Shown: positions 62,305 to 64,000 of the stretch, piece after piece
Layout: each line of letters starts with the position of its first letter
Numbering within the stretch: position 1 is the stretch's first letter
DNA from: Marsupella aquatica
Lineage: Eukaryota > Plantae > Marchantiophyta
Assembly (NCBI GenBank): GCA_973895155.1
Contig: OZ316899.1
Coordinates: 12,713,934 to 12,777,933, forward strand
Length of the DNA stretch: 64,000 nucleotides
Direction of reading: 5' to 3'
The notes under the pieces: model-generated
The model's database searches: none
What the model saw: the letters and a program-made list of their open reading frames with translations, nothing else
Told to the model about the DNA's origin: nothing
Made by a program: the position numbers and the translations under genes

Positions 62305-64000
62305 TGTGGTGCGTCCCATGGCTCCCTAAACCCAAGAAACCCCCCAGCTCAAGCCGATTCCCGCAGGTTTCGCGCTTGGCGAGGCCGTTTCCGCGGCTTA
62401 GCGGCATGGGACGCTGCTAACCTTCTACTACTACTATTAACATTTTACACACATATACTGGACAGATCCTTCATCGGGTCATGAGATACGTAGCCGGCCT
62501 AATATAGGCCTTCCCCTGTCTTCCCTTGTCTTCCCCTCCGTCTTGTTAGGTATGTTTGGATTCCGCCGCCGGAATGATCCCCAATAGGCTTGGTTAAGCC
62601 GCTAAGACCTCTCTCAGCTCGACACATCCAACTCTCACTCCCCTGCTTACTTTCCTTCTTTCTGTTGATGTGGGCACTCTTCACACAAGTTAATGCGACA
62701 CACAAATAGCAAAATGACTCATTCTGACTGAGTCATACCATGCACTTGCCATACAAACAGTACATCTCATACACAAGTTCTGCGAACTAAGCCGTGAGGC
62801 CAACTCTATTCAGCTCTTAGGCATGAGGAAACATGAATATACACAAGGGTCACTGTATGACTAACCGAGAGCTTCTCGTACTACTTGATCCCAGCCCGGC
62901 TGGTGCAAACTAAAAACTTGCTAAAGAAGAGGCCCTGAGCTCCCCGCTGCCCAGGTACTTATCCTGGTAGTGGATCCGCCATTCTTTGCATCGTAAGCCT
63001 AATCTACTTAACAAAAATCTACTTGCCCGAATCTACCTATGTACAGCAAGGCAGGAGCACAAGTGTTGCTCCTACCAGTGGGACCGCAATCCCACTAAGC
63101 TAAGTGTCAGGGCCGCTCCTGGTTCTGATCCTAATCCTAAACGTGGAGATCCGTGCCCGCCCTGCCCACTCACGCCTCCTCCCTCCACGTCCGCCCTCCC
63201 TAAAAGGAACGGCGCCCTTGCACCGTCACGACACCGGTGGTGGATCCTCAATGGACGCCCCCAACACTTCCTCCTCAGCCACTGCCGTTGGCCCGCCTAC
63301 TGACAGATTACCTGCCCTTGACCGAGTCAACTCTCCCTCGGCCTGACTGGGTCCACCTTCGGCTTCAGCCTCGACACCGGCCTCGGCAATACCCACGGCT
63401 TCGGCTTCAGCCACCCCCACGGCTTCGGCTTCAGCCACTCCCTCGGCTTCGGCCTCCCCTTCCCCTAGGGTAGTTGGATCCTTAGCTGTGACCCTGTCTG
63501 GGGTCGGTGCCGGGTCTACCTCCTTGATCACCACGGCCTGTGAAGTCGTATTACTCCTTGACCCTGAAGGTTTCCGCTTCTTCTTCGTTGGTGGCTCGGC
63601 AGCTGGTCCCTTCCCCTTCCCACTTACCTCCGGCACTGGTGCAGGTGGCGCGGCTTGTCCTTCGGCAATTACCACCCCTGGTAACTGGTTTGTCCCAACA
63701 GGAGATGGACCTGCTGCAGCTAAGCATTTAAATACTGCGGCTTGTTTCTTCAGCCGCTCTGTTTGGTTGTCGGCCCGCCGCTGTAGGTTCTCCATCTTCC
63801 TCGTGATTTCCTCCAACTCCTCTTGGGTTTCATCCAGGTCCTTACGTGCCCCCTCCAGCTCGTTTTTGGCCTCCTCCTGCTCCCTGTGGGCTTCCTCCAA
63901 TTCCTTCTTCAAGGTAGCCTTCTCCTCCTGGGTTGCTCTTAGCTCCTTGTCGAGCTCTGCAATGATGACAGACTCCATCTGGTTCATCTTGGCGTAAGTC
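62305..64000 (-). mobile_element. Giant LTR family A, copy A4 (3' 1.7 kb visible)
   Basis: TGTGGTGCGTCCC is the reverse complement of the A end. Nearly identical to 27000-28693. Confidence 0.93.
63226..64000 (-). CDS. C-terminal part of family A accessory ORF (runs off the window)
   Basis: Open frame almost identical to the A3 C-terminus, including the EAEAVGVA repeats. Confidence 0.75.
   Translation of the reverse strand, partial: TYAKMNQMESVIIAELDKELRATQEEKATLKKELEEAHREQEEAKNELEGARKDLDETQEELEEITRKMENLQRRADNQTERLKKQAAVFKCLAAAGPSPVGTNQLPGVVIAEGQAAPPAPVPEVSGKGKGPAAEPPTKKKRKPSGSRSNTTSQAVVIKEVDPAPTPDRVTAKDPTTLGEGEAEAEGVAEAEAVGVAEAEAVGIAEAGVEAEAEGGPSQAEGELTRSRAGNLSVGGPTAVAEEEVLGASIEDPPPVS

Overview
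Gene-free, deeply nested transposon cluster from a eukaryote. It is most likely a non-seed land plant, inferred from spliceosomal introns, a Bianca-type copia and a moss/lycophyte-like gypsy pol. The main object is a Mutator-like (MULE) DNA transposon family present in two diverged copies: 407-14122 (left-truncated) and ~45398-56850 (complete, with TIRs and TSD). It carries a minus-strand GCM-like/DDE/SWIM transposase and a divergently transcribed, intron-containing gene that fuses a ParB/Srx-like domain to a beta-class (N6A/N4C-type) DNA methyltransferase fold with a degenerate catalytic motif. It also carries a third small ORF and about 30 copies of the palindrome AGCGCCnGGCGCT, confined to non-coding DNA and spaced at near-integer helical turns. 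The second theme is two related families of giant (4-4.7 kb) gypsy-type LTRs (A: 5 copies, C: 3 copies) that contain a long accessory ORF (PMD/Transposase_32-like domain plus coiled coil) inside the LTR. Also present are a full-length Bianca-like Ty1/copia, a decayed CACTA element with a nested CAC-ended element, a decayed gypsy pol and further solo-LTR remnants. All assignments come from reading motifs by eye; no searches were run.
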